Source: Candidatus Eiseniibacteriota bacterium
GTDB taxonomy: Bacteria; Eisenbacteria; RBG-16-71-46; CAVPCR01
Direction of reading: 5' to 3'
Length of the DNA stretch: 64,000 nt
Assembly: GCA_963823555.1 (NCBI GenBank)
Contig: CAWGMA010000002.1
Span: 661,717-725,716, forward strand
Below, in pieces: positions 39,491-49,861 of this stretch (position 1 is its first letter; every line of letters begins with the position of its first letter). Under the pieces are notes generated by a model that worked only from the letters and a program-made list of their open reading frames with translations, was not told the origin of the DNA and did no database searches. Both the position numbers and the translations under genes were made by a program.

Positions 39491-40914
39491 GCGCATAAGA
39501 TATTTCATGAGATATTTCATCGGGCTTTTGGCCTGACCTCAAGTGTAGGAGGGGGGATTGGGGAAGGGAAGGACGGCGTTGGGCGGGGGCGTGGTGGGTG
39601 CATGGTGCGCGATGGCACGGCGGGGCGATGGCATCGGGCGTCGGTGGGCGCGGCGTACTGCGACCGCACGGAGTTGTCCCATCACTCCGGCGGGATGCGC
39701 GGAGCGTCGCGGGGTTCGCTGCCGTTTTGGGGCGGGCCGGTGGTGGTGGCATGGCTTGCCCATAGCCCCGTCACCAGCGCGGGTGAGGTGTCACGACGGT
39801 GGCGGCCGGGCCGATGGAGACCGCGAGGCGGGGGGTGCCTCACCAACATCGTCCAGCGGATCAGTGTCGAGCGGCGCTGCCTCATCCCACATCTCAAGCG
39901 GGAGCTCGGTTGCGTCGGCTCGCGCCAGCGCTGGTGGTGCGGTGGGCAGGCGGAGATGGCGGATGACCTGATCGAGGTCAGCACCTTGGGGTCGGAGATG
40001 AGGGCAAGGACGGCCATGGCGGAGGTGCAGCGGGGACAGCGCAGGGCGTCGAGGTGGAACACGCGGCAGAGCAGCTGGGCCCAGGGGAGCGAGCGTCGAC
40101 GGTGGGGCATGGTGGTGGCGGGCGCGGGCGCCGCAAGCGGCGCGGTCGGAGTGAGCTCGGCTTCGGGGTCACGGTGCGGCTGATCGCTGGCGGGTGGGCC
40201 CGGCGTGAGCGCGAGCGGTGGTGGTGGCGGTGGTGGTAACCGCGGGCGCCAGCGCGAGCGGTTGGCGAAGGCACCGTGATAGCGGACGAGATGGCTGTAG
40301 GGGGCGGGGACCAGAGCGGCGAGTCGGCGCAGGAGATCGAGGGGCTCGAGTACGAGCGAGGTCGCACCCTGGGCGTGGGGCCAGGGCCGGCGCAGGTGGT
40401 AGACGATGCGACCGTCGCTGCGCCGTGCGAGACGCCCTTGGGCGAAGGGAGCGCGCAGGCCGTAGCGGCAGAGGCGCTCGAGGGCAAGCCGATCGCCGGC
40501 GGCGACGGCGTGGGCGGCGTGAAGGGAGAAGCCGGCAACCTTGGCGCAGAGCGGTTTGGGTTCGGGCTCCCGGTCTTCGGGAAGCGCGAGCTGGGGTGAG
40601 GGAAGGGGTGGTGCGACGGCGGCGGCGAGGTCGCTCTGGAGTGCGGCGGCGATCGCCTCGAGAAGCGCCGTGGTCTCGCTCTCGTCATCGGTCCGCCGCT
40701 CGATAACGGCGGTGAGGCGGCGGGCGATCTTGAGGGTGAGGGCCTCGATCTCGGCGGTGGTGGGTGTGGGGAGCGGTACGAAGTCGAGCGGGTCACCATC
40801 GGTGCGGGGGACGAAGAGCCCATCGGGGAGGAGGCAGTGAACGTGGGGGTGGAGGTTGAGGGCGCCGCCGAAGCGCTGGACGAAGGAGACCGCTCCCGAC
40901 TGCCCGCCCGCGAT
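39491..40914 (-). mobile_element. IS91/ISCR-family element, 5'-truncated Y-transposase
   Basis: VQRFGGALNLHPHVH (HUH), GFSLHA, LERLCRYGLR, HLVRYHG; shared oriIS-like end. Confidence 0.92.
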
Positions 40915-41363
40915 CTGACAAGTCGTTGCGGGCTTGCACGATATGTACTCCATCGCAGGTGTGGCTGATCGTCTCGTCAGGCTCGGCGCACGGCCATTCA
41001 GTTAACTGCCCAGGCTGGAAACCGGTCTCAACCTCTCAGATTCTCACCGACGCGCAGACGGCTGTTTAACGGGCGGCCCGTCCGGGGAGCCAAGTACCCG
41101 ACGTGCGAACTCGTCGCCATCCGGCCAACAGCAACCCCTGTCTCAGGTGAGTCCAGGGTCTTTGGGCCTTTGTCGCCTGTCGGCACTTGAAGCGCGAGAC
41201 GAGCGGATCAGGCCAGGCCTCCAGCGGCTGCGGCGAACTCTCCAGGAAGTCTGGCTCCGGCACAGGCCCTTCGAATTTTGGATTGTCAGGCGTGCATGAA
41301 TGAGAGAACCTGTGTTTCAGCCATTTCCTTCGGAGCGCGAACATTCCAATGAATCGGGGATTC

Positions 41364-42134
41364 ATGGTGCGCAGTCGTATCGCTCATAGCCTAGGCGCAG
41401 CCTTCGGTTCCAGAACCTGTTGGTTGCTGGCGGCCGTGCTCGTAGTCCTCGGCCTCTGCTCGAGCCAGGCCCGGGCCCAACAGTTCAACTCCGACAACTG
41501 GTGGGTGCTTCCCTACGCCACCGGCGTGGGCGTCGCCACCCTGGGTGAGCACTACTCGACGATGTACCTGGGGTACGGCTTCCTCGACGGTTGGGAACTC
41601 GACATCGGGGCCTTCTTGTACAAAGCAGACGAAGGGAACACGACGGCCCACTACTCCACTACGGTCTATCTCAAGCGGCTCATTGTTCAGGACGATGCAC
41701 GGACCAAAGGAGCGGCGGTCATGGCTGGAATCGGCCAGGCCCCGGGGTACCAGGAATCGGGGCAGCTGATCGGTGAATTCAAGAGCTACTGGGTCAGTGT
41801 TCCGGTGACCTTTCCGTTCTTCGACAACACTCTCTCGTGGGACCTCATGCCCGGCGGGACCTGGAACATCGACTACGGTTCACAAGAGGAGCACGCGGCT
41901 GCGTTCACCTGGTCCTCCCGCCTGGCCATCTACAAGGTCGTCCCGCAGTCGGCGATCGTGCTGGAGATTTTCGGAGCTGAGGGCGAAGCTGAGGCTGCCG
42001 TGCAATACAAAGCTGGCGTGCGTTGGGAGAGCAAGTACGTCGTCGCGGCGCTGACCTACGGCGACGGGCTCGAAGGCAACGAGGGCGGCGGACTCGAACT
42101 CGGATTCATGTTCCTCACGCCGCCGTTCAAGTGA
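41364..42134 (+). CDS. Putative outer-membrane beta-barrel/hypothetical secreted protein
   Basis: Signal peptide ending ARA-QQ, alternating aromatic strands, C-terminal LELGFMFLTPPFK. Confidence 0.7.
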   Translation: MVRSRIAHSLGAAFGSRTCWLLAAVLVVLGLCSSQARAQQFNSDNWWVLPYATGVGVATLGEHYSTMYLGYGFLDGWELDIGAFLYKADEGNTTAHYSTTVYLKRLIVQDDARTKGAAVMAGIGQAPGYQESGQLIGEFKSYWVSVPVTFPFFDNTLSWDLMPGGTWNIDYGSQEEHAAAFTWSSRLAIYKVVPQSAIVLEIFGAEGEAEAAVQYKAGVRWESKYVVAALTYGDGLEGNEGGGLELGFMFLTPPFK

Positions 42135-42569
42135 GTCGGGGCGCTTGACACATGGGGGGACGGCGCATCCAAACGGTCCCAAGTCGGTAGCCCCCCCGCA
42201 GCGCGAATCAACTTGACAACATTTACTCCCCTTGCCTATGCTCTCCGTTCTGAAGGCAAAGCTCGCGCGGATCGCGTGGGTTGGCCGTTCCCCGACCGCC
42301 ACGGTCGTTCCGGTGAGCCCCTTCCCCTCTCACGAACGGTGGAGTACCCAGGAGGGAGCGGGAGGATCCAACTGCATCGCCCCTGCGAATCCACCTCTGG
42401 GGCGGAGGAGAGTGGTCGCGACTCGGCCATGCCAAGCCATGCAAGTCGCCACTCTCGCTTGCCTCCGAGAACCACGAGGCGTGCTGGGCGGAGGATGCTT
42501 CAGGGTTTGTGAGACCTGCACTCCATGAACTGACTTTGCGTCCTCCGCGGGAGTTAGGACCTAGGAGTC

Positions 42570-44771
42570 ATGATCCTCCGAGGCTTGGATATCATGCGAT
42601 TAGTATTCGTGAGTATTTGTATTGAGATGCTGCTGATCACACCAGCCGCGGGTGCGATCATTCAGGTTCCCGCGGATCAACCAACCATCCAGGCGGGCAT
42701 CAACGCCGCCGCACCTGGGGACACCGTGCTCGTGGCGGCGGGGACGTACATCGGCGCTGCGAACCGGGACCTCGACTTCGGAGGGAAGACCCTCGTTCTG
42801 CGGTCCGCCGAGGGAGCCGATATGACGACCATCGACTGCCAGGATCAGGGTCGCGGGCTTCACTTCCACAGCGGAGAGCCGGCGTTGGCGACTGTCGACG
42901 GCTTCACGATCCGGAACGGGTTCGCAGCGGGGACCTTCGGTGGCGGGTTCCTGATCGAAGGCGGGGCAACACCGACGATCCGGGACTGTCGTCTGGAATC
43001 GAACCATGCGAACACAGGCGGCGGAGGCTTCGTCGCTTCGGGAGTGACGCTGATCGACTGCGAACTCGCGGGCAACACGGCGGATAACTGGGGCGGCGGC
43101 TTGTATGTAGAGGGTTCGACGATGAGTGCGTCGCGATGCCTCTTCTCACAGAACGGAGCCAGCATAGGCGCTGGTCTCTACTTGGTGTCCAGTTCAGCGA
43201 CGACGTCGGACTGCAGCTTCACGGACAACACCCCATTGAACCTGGCGGGAGGAATCTATGCCTCGGGGTCAACCCTCGTGGCCGAGCGATGCAGTTTCCT
43301 CGGGAACACAGGAAAGGAAGGTGCAGGGATGTGGCTTCTCGGAGGAGCGGCGAGCATCGACAGCTGCACTTTCAGGATGAACATGGCCGAGTACAGCGGT
43401 GGTGGGATTAGAGGAGATGGCGTTGACGCTTTCACGATGACGGGTTGCTTGTTTGAGGACAATGCAGCATTGAATTATGCTCCCGGTTACGACTATCCCG
43501 GTGGTGGAGGGATGGCGTTTCGGAGCACGACCACGGTCACACCGTACATTTCTGACTGTGTTTTCGTCGGGAATCGCGCTCTCGGCTTGCCGGAGGTCGG
43601 GGGGTATGGGGGAGGGATGTATATTGGTAGAGCAGTTGTTGAGCGGTGTGTGTTCATGGACAATCATGCCGATCACAACGGAGGAGGCGCAAACGGCGGG
43701 AGCGTTTATCGAGACTGCATCTTCGATGGGAATACAGCCAGGCTTTCTGCAGGGCTGGCCGGTGGATATGAGCTGACCGGCTGCCGTTTCACGAATAACC
43801 ACGCCACGGAAGTCGGAGGGGCCTGCAGACCGACAGGATTTGGCATGTCGGGTGGGTGCAACATCGTTCGCTGCGAGTTCTCAGGGAACTCGGCGAGTCA
43901 GAGAGGTGGAGGCATCTTCTGGAATACGTCCCAATCGCTGGCAATCCAAGATTGCCAATTCTCTGGGAACTACGCTAATGACGGTGGCGGCATCTACATG
44001 TACTGCGCGCAACCGACGTGGATTGCGGGGTGTACGTTTGACGCAAATGATGCGGCGGGCGACGGCGGGGCTCTGAGTGTGTGGGGAGCGGTACCATCTT
44101 CTGTGACTCTGTCTGGTTGCACGCTTATTGGCAACGCGGCACCGCTTGGGGGTGGGATCTGGGTGAGAGAGATACCGATAGAGATCGAGAACACGATTCT
44201 GGCCTTTGGTAGGGAAGGCGAAGCGGTGACTTGCGCGGGTAGCGGACTCGCCGCGATGTCGTGCACCAATATCTATGGGAACGCAGGCGGCGACTGGACC
44301 GGGTGCATCGCCGACCAACTGGGAATCAACGGTTGCTTCTCGGCCGACCCGCTCTTCTGCAATGCGGTGGCTGGAGACTACACACTGGCGGAGACGTCGC
44401 CCTGCGCCCCCGCGCATTCGCCGGTAGGGTGCGGGCTGATCGGGGCTCACCCGGTGGCGTGTGCGGCACCGATCGGGGTGGCGGATGAGGGAGTGCCAAG
44501 GATTGGCCCGCTCTTGCGCGTGTTGCCGAACCCGCTGCGGGGGGCAGGGACGATCGAGTGGATGAGAGCAGGGGTCGCGTCGGAGTTGCGGCTCTACGAC
44601 ACCGCAGGTCGACTGGTGGCGAGGCGGAGCGGTGAGGGCAGAGGTGGCCGGATGTCGTGGCGCGACCTGATCAGAGGCGGTGATATGGCCTCAGGGGTGT
44701 ATTTTCTGGAGCTGGGGTCGGACGGCGGAGGAGAGGTGGCTGCTCGGTCGCGGCTAGTAGTGATCAGGTAG
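42570..44771 (+). CDS. Secreted right-handed beta-helix repeat protein with FlgD-Ig-like C-terminus
   Basis: VPADQPTIQAGI..GDTVLVAAGTY, repeated CxFxxNxA..GGG, ADPLFC..SPC, LPNP..LYDTAGR..SGVYF. Confidence 0.9.
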   Translation: MILRGLDIMRLVFVSICIEMLLITPAAGAIIQVPADQPTIQAGINAAAPGDTVLVAAGTYIGAANRDLDFGGKTLVLRSAEGADMTTIDCQDQGRGLHFHSGEPALATVDGFTIRNGFAAGTFGGGFLIEGGATPTIRDCRLESNHANTGGGGFVASGVTLIDCELAGNTADNWGGGLYVEGSTMSASRCLFSQNGASIGAGLYLVSSSATTSDCSFTDNTPLNLAGGIYASGSTLVAERCSFLGNTGKEGAGMWLLGGAASIDSCTFRMNMAEYSGGGIRGDGVDAFTMTGCLFEDNAALNYAPGYDYPGGGGMAFRSTTTVTPYISDCVFVGNRALGLPEVGGYGGGMYIGRAVVERCVFMDNHADHNGGGANGGSVYRDCIFDGNTARLSAGLAGGYELTGCRFTNNHATEVGGACRPTGFGMSGGCNIVRCEFSGNSASQRGGGIFWNTSQSLAIQDCQFSGNYANDGGGIYMYCAQPTWIAGCTFDANDAAGDGGALSVWGAVPSSVTLSGCTLIGNAAPLGGGIWVREIPIEIENTILAFGREGEAVTCAGSGLAAMSCTNIYGNAGGDWTGCIADQLGINGCFSADPLFCNAVAGDYTLAETSPCAPAHSPVGCGLIGAHPVACAAPIGVADEGVPRIGPLLRVLPNPLRGAGTIEWMRAGVASELRLYDTAGRLVARRSGEGRGGRMSWRDLIRGGDMASGVYFLELGSDGGGEVAARSRLVVIR

Positions 44772-44814
44772 GCCTGGCGAGCACCGGAGGACGAGTAGAG
44801 GCCGCCACAGAGGC

Positions 44815-45080
44815 GGAGAGTGGTTCGAATACCGTCCCACCCGGGGAGCCAGAGTCCGGGACCGCTAAATGCAGGCGGTTCCGAGGTTAACGCGTGGCCC
44901 TGGTGGAGTGATCCGCTGGGGCCACGTCTTTGCGCGAGATTCCTCGACGAATCCGCTGTCTGCATGCCGTTCCGCCCGACTCTCTGTTCGCACGTGTCCA
45001 TGTCGGATTACGAGCCGAACCCCAGGGGTCCCGTCCGCTCCCCCAGAATCCCGGCCTCGAACTCTCCGACTCTCTCCTTT
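44815..45080 (+). repeat. Structured repeat with tRNA-like 3' end (copy B), candidate att arm of the recombinase module
   Basis: GGTTCGAATACCGTCCCACCCGGGGAGCCA at 44822-44851, followed by two hairpins. Confidence 0.7.
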
Positions 45081-45301
45081 CTCGGGCGAACCCGTTAACG
45101 ACCGCGTCCAACTCGAACCCCGAACCGACACCTCGAACTCCACGCCGGTATATAGGAAGTAGGAAGTGCTGCTGCGACGGACGCGGTGGCGAACGACCGC
45201 GAAAGCTGGGCTCCTAAGCGGAAGGCGCTGTGGGCAACCTCGGCGCCTTCACTCATACGAGCCGGCTACGTGAGCGGCATCGGCACCTGCGCGGAGGTGG
45301 G

Positions 45302-45535
45302 ATGGAGTTCCTGTCGATCCCGGACGAGATGTCGCCCGACGAACGGTTTGCCGAGGTGGTCGCGATCCTCGCCGTCGGGTGCATGCGGCTCAAGAAGCAG
45401 AGAGGCGAGCCCGAGTTGGCGCCCGACTCGCGACCTCTGTTAACCGAGAGCAGGCTGGACTCTCTCCCCGAGCCGAGACCCTCATTGGTCGCCGACCCCG
45501 TGAGCGGGATGGAGAACGAGGAGGCGACCACATGA
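45302..45535 (+). CDS. Small hypothetical protein preceding DUF2924
   Basis: GGAGG RBS; PDEMSPDERFAEVVAILAVGCMRL; ATGA overlap with the next gene. Confidence 0.65.
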   Translation: MEFLSIPDEMSPDERFAEVVAILAVGCMRLKKQRGEPELAPDSRPLLTESRLDSLPEPRPSLVADPVSGMENEEATT

Positions 45536-46035
45536 ATAGAGCAGGTCTGAGTGCGCAGATCCGGGCGCTCCGCCGCATGACCGTTCCCGAACTGCGGGAG
45601 CGATACGCGACGGTCCTCGGCGAGGAGAGCCGATCACGTCACAAGCAGTTCCTGTGGCGGCGGATCGCCTGGGGTCTCCAGGCGCAAGCCGAAGGAGGTC
45701 TGTCCGAGCGCGCCCGTCGCCGCGCGGAAGAACTGGCCCGAGAGTCCGTCTTCCGGATGCTGGCTCCGAGCCAGGTCGCCAGTGCGGCGGTCGCCTCGGG
45801 CTCTACCGTGACTCGGGAGGTGCCCGCCTCCCGTGATGAGCGGCTGCCGATGCCCGGCACGGTGCTGACACGTGAGTACCAAGGACGGCTGATCAAGGTC
45901 ACCGTGCTCGACCGAGGCTTTGAGTACGACGGCGAGGTCTACCGATCGCTCACGGCGGTGGCGAGGGAGGTGACCGGCAGTCACTGGAACGGGTACCTCT
46001 TCTTCGGCATGCAGAAGAGCGGAGGTAGCAGGTGA
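45532..46035 (+). CDS. DUF2924 domain protein
   Basis: LRRMTVPELRERY, RRIAWGLQAQAEGGL, PGTVLTREYQG, YRSLTAVAREVTGSHWNGYLFFG. Confidence 0.92.
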   Translation: MNRAGLSAQIRALRRMTVPELRERYATVLGEESRSRHKQFLWRRIAWGLQAQAEGGLSERARRRAEELARESVFRMLAPSQVASAAVASGSTVTREVPASRDERLPMPGTVLTREYQGRLIKVTVLDRGFEYDGEVYRSLTAVAREVTGSHWNGYLFFGMQKSGGSR

Positions 46036-47160
46036 TCCGGAGCAAGGAGCCGAAGCGTGCGTGCGAGAAACAGGGATCGGTCGTGCGCTGCGCGGTCTAC
46101 ACCAGGAAGTCGACCGAAGAGGGCCTTGAGCAGGAGTTCAACACCCTCGACGCCCAGCGCGACGCCGGCGAGGCTTACATCGCGAGCCAGAAGAGCGAAG
46201 GCTGGGTCTGCCTGCCTGATCGCTACGACGACGGCGGTTTCTCGGGCGGAACCATGGACCGACCGGCGCTCAAGCGGCTTCTCGCCGACGCCGAGGCGGG
46301 GAAGATCGACTGCATCGCGGTCTACAAGGTTGACCGCCTGAGTCGTTCGCTTCTCGATTTCTCTCGCATCATCGAGACTCTCGACCGGTGTCGAGTCTCA
46401 TTCGTCTCGGTAACGCAGCAGTTCAACACCGCGACATCGATCGGTCGCCTCCTCCTGAACGTGCTCCTTTCGTTCGCGCAATACGAGCGCGAGATCATCG
46501 GCGAGAGGACACGTGACAAAATGTCGGCGGCACGACGGCGCGGAAAGTGGGTCGGCGGGACGCCGATCTTCGGCTACGACGTGAGTCCTGACGGTGGTCG
46601 GCTCGTGGTCAACGAGGCGGAGGCCGAACGGGTGAGGGCTATTTTCAGTCTCTATCTCGCGGAGGAGTCGCTGCTAGCGACGGTGAAGGAGCTCGCCCGA
46701 AGGCGGTGGACGACGAAATGCTGGGTGACGCGAGATGGTCGTGTCCGCACGGGGAGAGCATTTGACAAGACCGCGCTTCATAACCTCCTCCGGAATGCCA
46801 CCTACGCGGGCAAGCTGCGGTACCAAGGACAGATGTACGACGGCGAGCAGGCAGCGATCGTGTCGATGCAGATGTGGGTCGAGGTGCAGAGGCTTCTCCG
46901 GCGAAAAGGCATGAACGGTGGCCAGGCCGTCCGGAACCGCCATGGCGCCCTCCTGCAGGGTCTCCTCCGCTGCGACCCGTGCGGGGCGGCCATGGTTCAC
47001 ACCTACTCGAAGTAGGGCGAGAAGCGATATCGATACTACGTGTGCTCGCGGGCGATGAAGGAGGGGTGGCAGGCATGCCCGACGAAGTCACTGCCTGCTG
47101 CCGAGGTCGAGAACTTCGTGCTGGCTGAGATTCGGCGGGTCGGCCAGGATCCGCGCCTGG
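46032..47160 (+). pseudogene. Large serine recombinase with in-frame TAG at 47013-47015, truncated by an IS21 end
   Basis: CAVYTRKSTEE, YDDGGFSG..RPAL, VYKVDRLSRS; zinc ribbon CDPCG continues past the stop as RYRYYVC..CP. Confidence 0.9.
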
Positions 47161-47440
47161 TGTCAGCAATCGCGCTATAGGTAGCCACGGATTTCGCGGA
47201 TAGGGGGCCAGGCGATTTCGCCGCATAGGGAGCCATCTGTTTTCGCCCGATAGGTTGCCACCCGCTTTCGCGGGGTGGGAGCCAGGGGGGGGCGGAACCG
47301 GGGGCTCGAGTCGGACCCGGAGCGCGAAGGACCGGCGGCGGGACGGGGTGGCGGGGTGCGGTGGTCCTTCCCGCACACGGGGTACCTTCCTTGGAGGCTT
47401 TATAACCAGGGAGGGTAGCCCCGTGGCAGGAAGGAGACTG
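47161..47440 (+). mobile_element. IS21-family left end plus the first istA codons
   Basis: TGTCAGCAATCGCG.. with reiterated TAGG-NN-GCCA boxes; inverted copy at 49526-49800. Confidence 0.85.
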
Positions 47441-48884
47441 CAGTAACGACCCGCTGTTCAGCTTCGACGGCCGGCGCAGCGTGCACCCGTGTAGCGCGAG
47501 CCAAGTGTTCCACCGGCTCGTCATGACGCTCGCCTTCCCGCTCCCAGAGGGCGTCTGCCCGCCCGTGCTTCATTGCCTCCGCCACTCCTTCGCGGTGGGG
47601 TGCCTGTTGCGCTGGTATCGGGAAGGCGTCGACCCACAGGCAAGGCTCTACCGGCTCTCGACCTTCATGGGTCACGTCAGCCCGATCTCCACAGCCGTCT
47701 ACCTCACCATCACCCCCCAGCTGCTCGCCGAGGCCAGCCGGCGGTTCGAGGCCTTCGCCGCGCCCGTGTGGTCGGAGGAGAAGCCGATGAGCGAGTCGCG
47801 ACCACTCGGACCACTCGTCCACTCCTTCTTCGTCGACCATCTGGTCGCGGTGAAGGGGCTCCGTCCGGCCACGGTGCGCAGCTACCGGGACACCGTCCGG
47901 CTCCTGCTGTGCTTCGTAGCCGAGAACAAGAAGGCGAAGATCACCAGGCTCGGCGTCGAGGACCTGAGCTTCGAGCGGGTCCTCGGCTTCCTCCGCTATC
48001 TCGAGGAGGCCCGAGGCAACCATGTCCGCACGCGCAACCAACGCCTGGCGGCGCTGCACACCCTGTTCGACTACATCGCCAGCCGGGAGCCCGAGATGCT
48101 CGGGACCTGTCAGCAGGTGGCAGCCATCCCCATGAAGCGGGCGGCACCGGCAGGGACACACTTCCTCGAGCGCGACGAGATCGAGGCGCTCTTCCGCGGC
48201 CTCCCTCGGACGGGGCGACTCGCCCTGCGAGACCGCGCCTTGCTCCTGTTCCTCTACAACACCGGGGCGCGGGTGCAGGAGGTCGCCGACTTGCGGGTCG
48301 AGCACCTCGAGCTCGGCGAGGCTGCTCTCGTCCGTCTCCACGGAAAGGGCGACAAGTGGCGCACCTGCCCCCTGTGGCGCCAGACCGCAGCGCTCCTGAC
48401 CGAGCTGCTCGACACGTCGAACGCGCCCAAGGGACCCGAGCGCCCCGGTGTTCCGATCCGCGACCGGGGACGCCCTCACTCGCTTCGGCATCTACAAGAT
48501 CGTCCGCCGCCACACCGGGCACCTCGATGATGGCCGCACAGGGCGCAGGGCGAGCCCGCACATCTTCCGCCACACCGCCGCGGTCCACCTCCTCGAGGCA
48601 GGCGTCGAAGTGAACGTCATCCGTGGCTGGCTGGGGCACGCGGATCTCACCACGACGAACCGCTACGCCGAGATCAACACGAAGGCGAAGATCGAGGCGT
48701 TGCGCCACACCGAGCCACCAGGTGCTTCGGGGGGATCCCGCCATCGCCCGGTCTGGAGGACGGACGAAGCGCTGCTCAACTGGCTGTCGTCGCTCTGATC
48801 GTTATGTGGCCGGTGCCGGCCGACAACCCTGGTGTCACCGGGCATAGGTCGTCGCCGGCCACATAACGCAACCGGCAACAGAAG
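47441..48884 (+). mobile_element. Partial RIT element: tail of the second tyrosine recombinase plus the third recombinase (47787-48798, frameshift ~48450) and terminal IR
   Basis: HCLRHSFA..MGH..TAVY; LYNTGARVQE, HGKGDK, PHIFRHT, WLGH..TTNRY; GTTATGTGGCCGG..CCGGCCACATAAC at 48801-48867. Confidence 0.88.
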
Positions 48885-48910
48885 CTCGAAAATGTTCCGC
48901 GGAACATTTT

Positions 48911-49800
48911 CGAGGACGACCCGCCTGGGCACACCCCCGAAGTGCTCGAACGCCTCCCGATGGCAGCGAATCCAGGTCGCGACCGACTGGTCGAAGACGA
49001 AGACGGCGTACTGGTGCCGGCTGTGCGACAGCGTCATCACGAACGCCCAGGCCTTCCGCCACTTTCCCGTCTTCCGATCGAACATCCGCCCCGCATACCC
49101 GAAGTCGACCTGGGCCTCCTCCCCGGGTGCGACCTCGATCCGCACGAACGCCTCACGCGGGTCGCCCTCGAGGAAGCGCACGTAGCGATGCACCGCCGAG
49201 TAGCTCCCCAGGAACCGATGCTCGTCCCGAGCCGCTCGAAGATGGCGCGGGACTCCACCCCCTGCTCCCGATAGCTCCGGATCACGGCCTCGAACGGCGC
49301 CGCCTTGTACCCTTGACGAGGCAAGGTCGGTGGAGGCAGGCTTGCCTTGAGCCGGCGGTCGAGTTCCTCGGGGCTCACCAGCGGCCCGGTGAGGAGATCC
49401 TCGGCCTGGGCCAGCTTGCGGTACTTACCCACGGTCTTGCGGGCGATTCCGAGGTCGCGGGCGATCGCCCGGTCGGTCTCGCCGGCGCGCAGCCGGCGCA
49501 CGAGTTCGCGTACGTCGAGTGTCATCAGTCTCCTTCCTGCCACGGGGCTACCCTCCCTGGTTATAAAGCCTCCAAGGAAGGTACCCCGTGTGCGGGAAGG
49601 ACCACCGCACCCCGCCACCCCGTCCCGCCGCCGGTCCTTCGCGCTCCGGGTCCGACTCGAGCCCCCGACTCCCCCCTGGCTCCCACCCCGCGAAAGCGGG
49701 TGGCAACCTTTCGGGCGAAAACAGGTGGCTCCCTATGCGGCGAAATCGCCTGGCCCCCTATCCGCGAAATCCGTGGCTACCTATAGCGCGATTGCTGACA
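48911..49800 (-). mobile_element. istA: IS21-family element, left half (istA 49543 to 48911, frameshifted and truncated)
   Basis: HTH RAIARDLGIARKTVGKY; PGEEAQVDFG, FVMTLSHSRHQY, AFEHFGGVP. Confidence 0.92.
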
Positions 49801-49861
49801 AAAATGGTACACATCGTGGCGCTTGCGCCCGAAACTCGTCTCACAGAAGGAGAAACCAAAA

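Noticed and set aside
44780..44851. Intact tRNA gene
   Set aside because: Only a T-loop/CCA-like 3' end with an insertion is present; there is no matching 5' acceptor strand, D arm or anticodon arm.
47481..48530. Natural fusion of two RIT recombinases
   Set aside because: An RBS and ATG at 47787 mark a separate gene; the in-frame join is more likely a 1-nt indel at an ATGA overlap.
49785..49830. IS21-derived hybrid promoter for the beta-lactamase gene
   Set aside because: Candidate -35 and -10 hexamers are weak and not at about 17-bp spacing.
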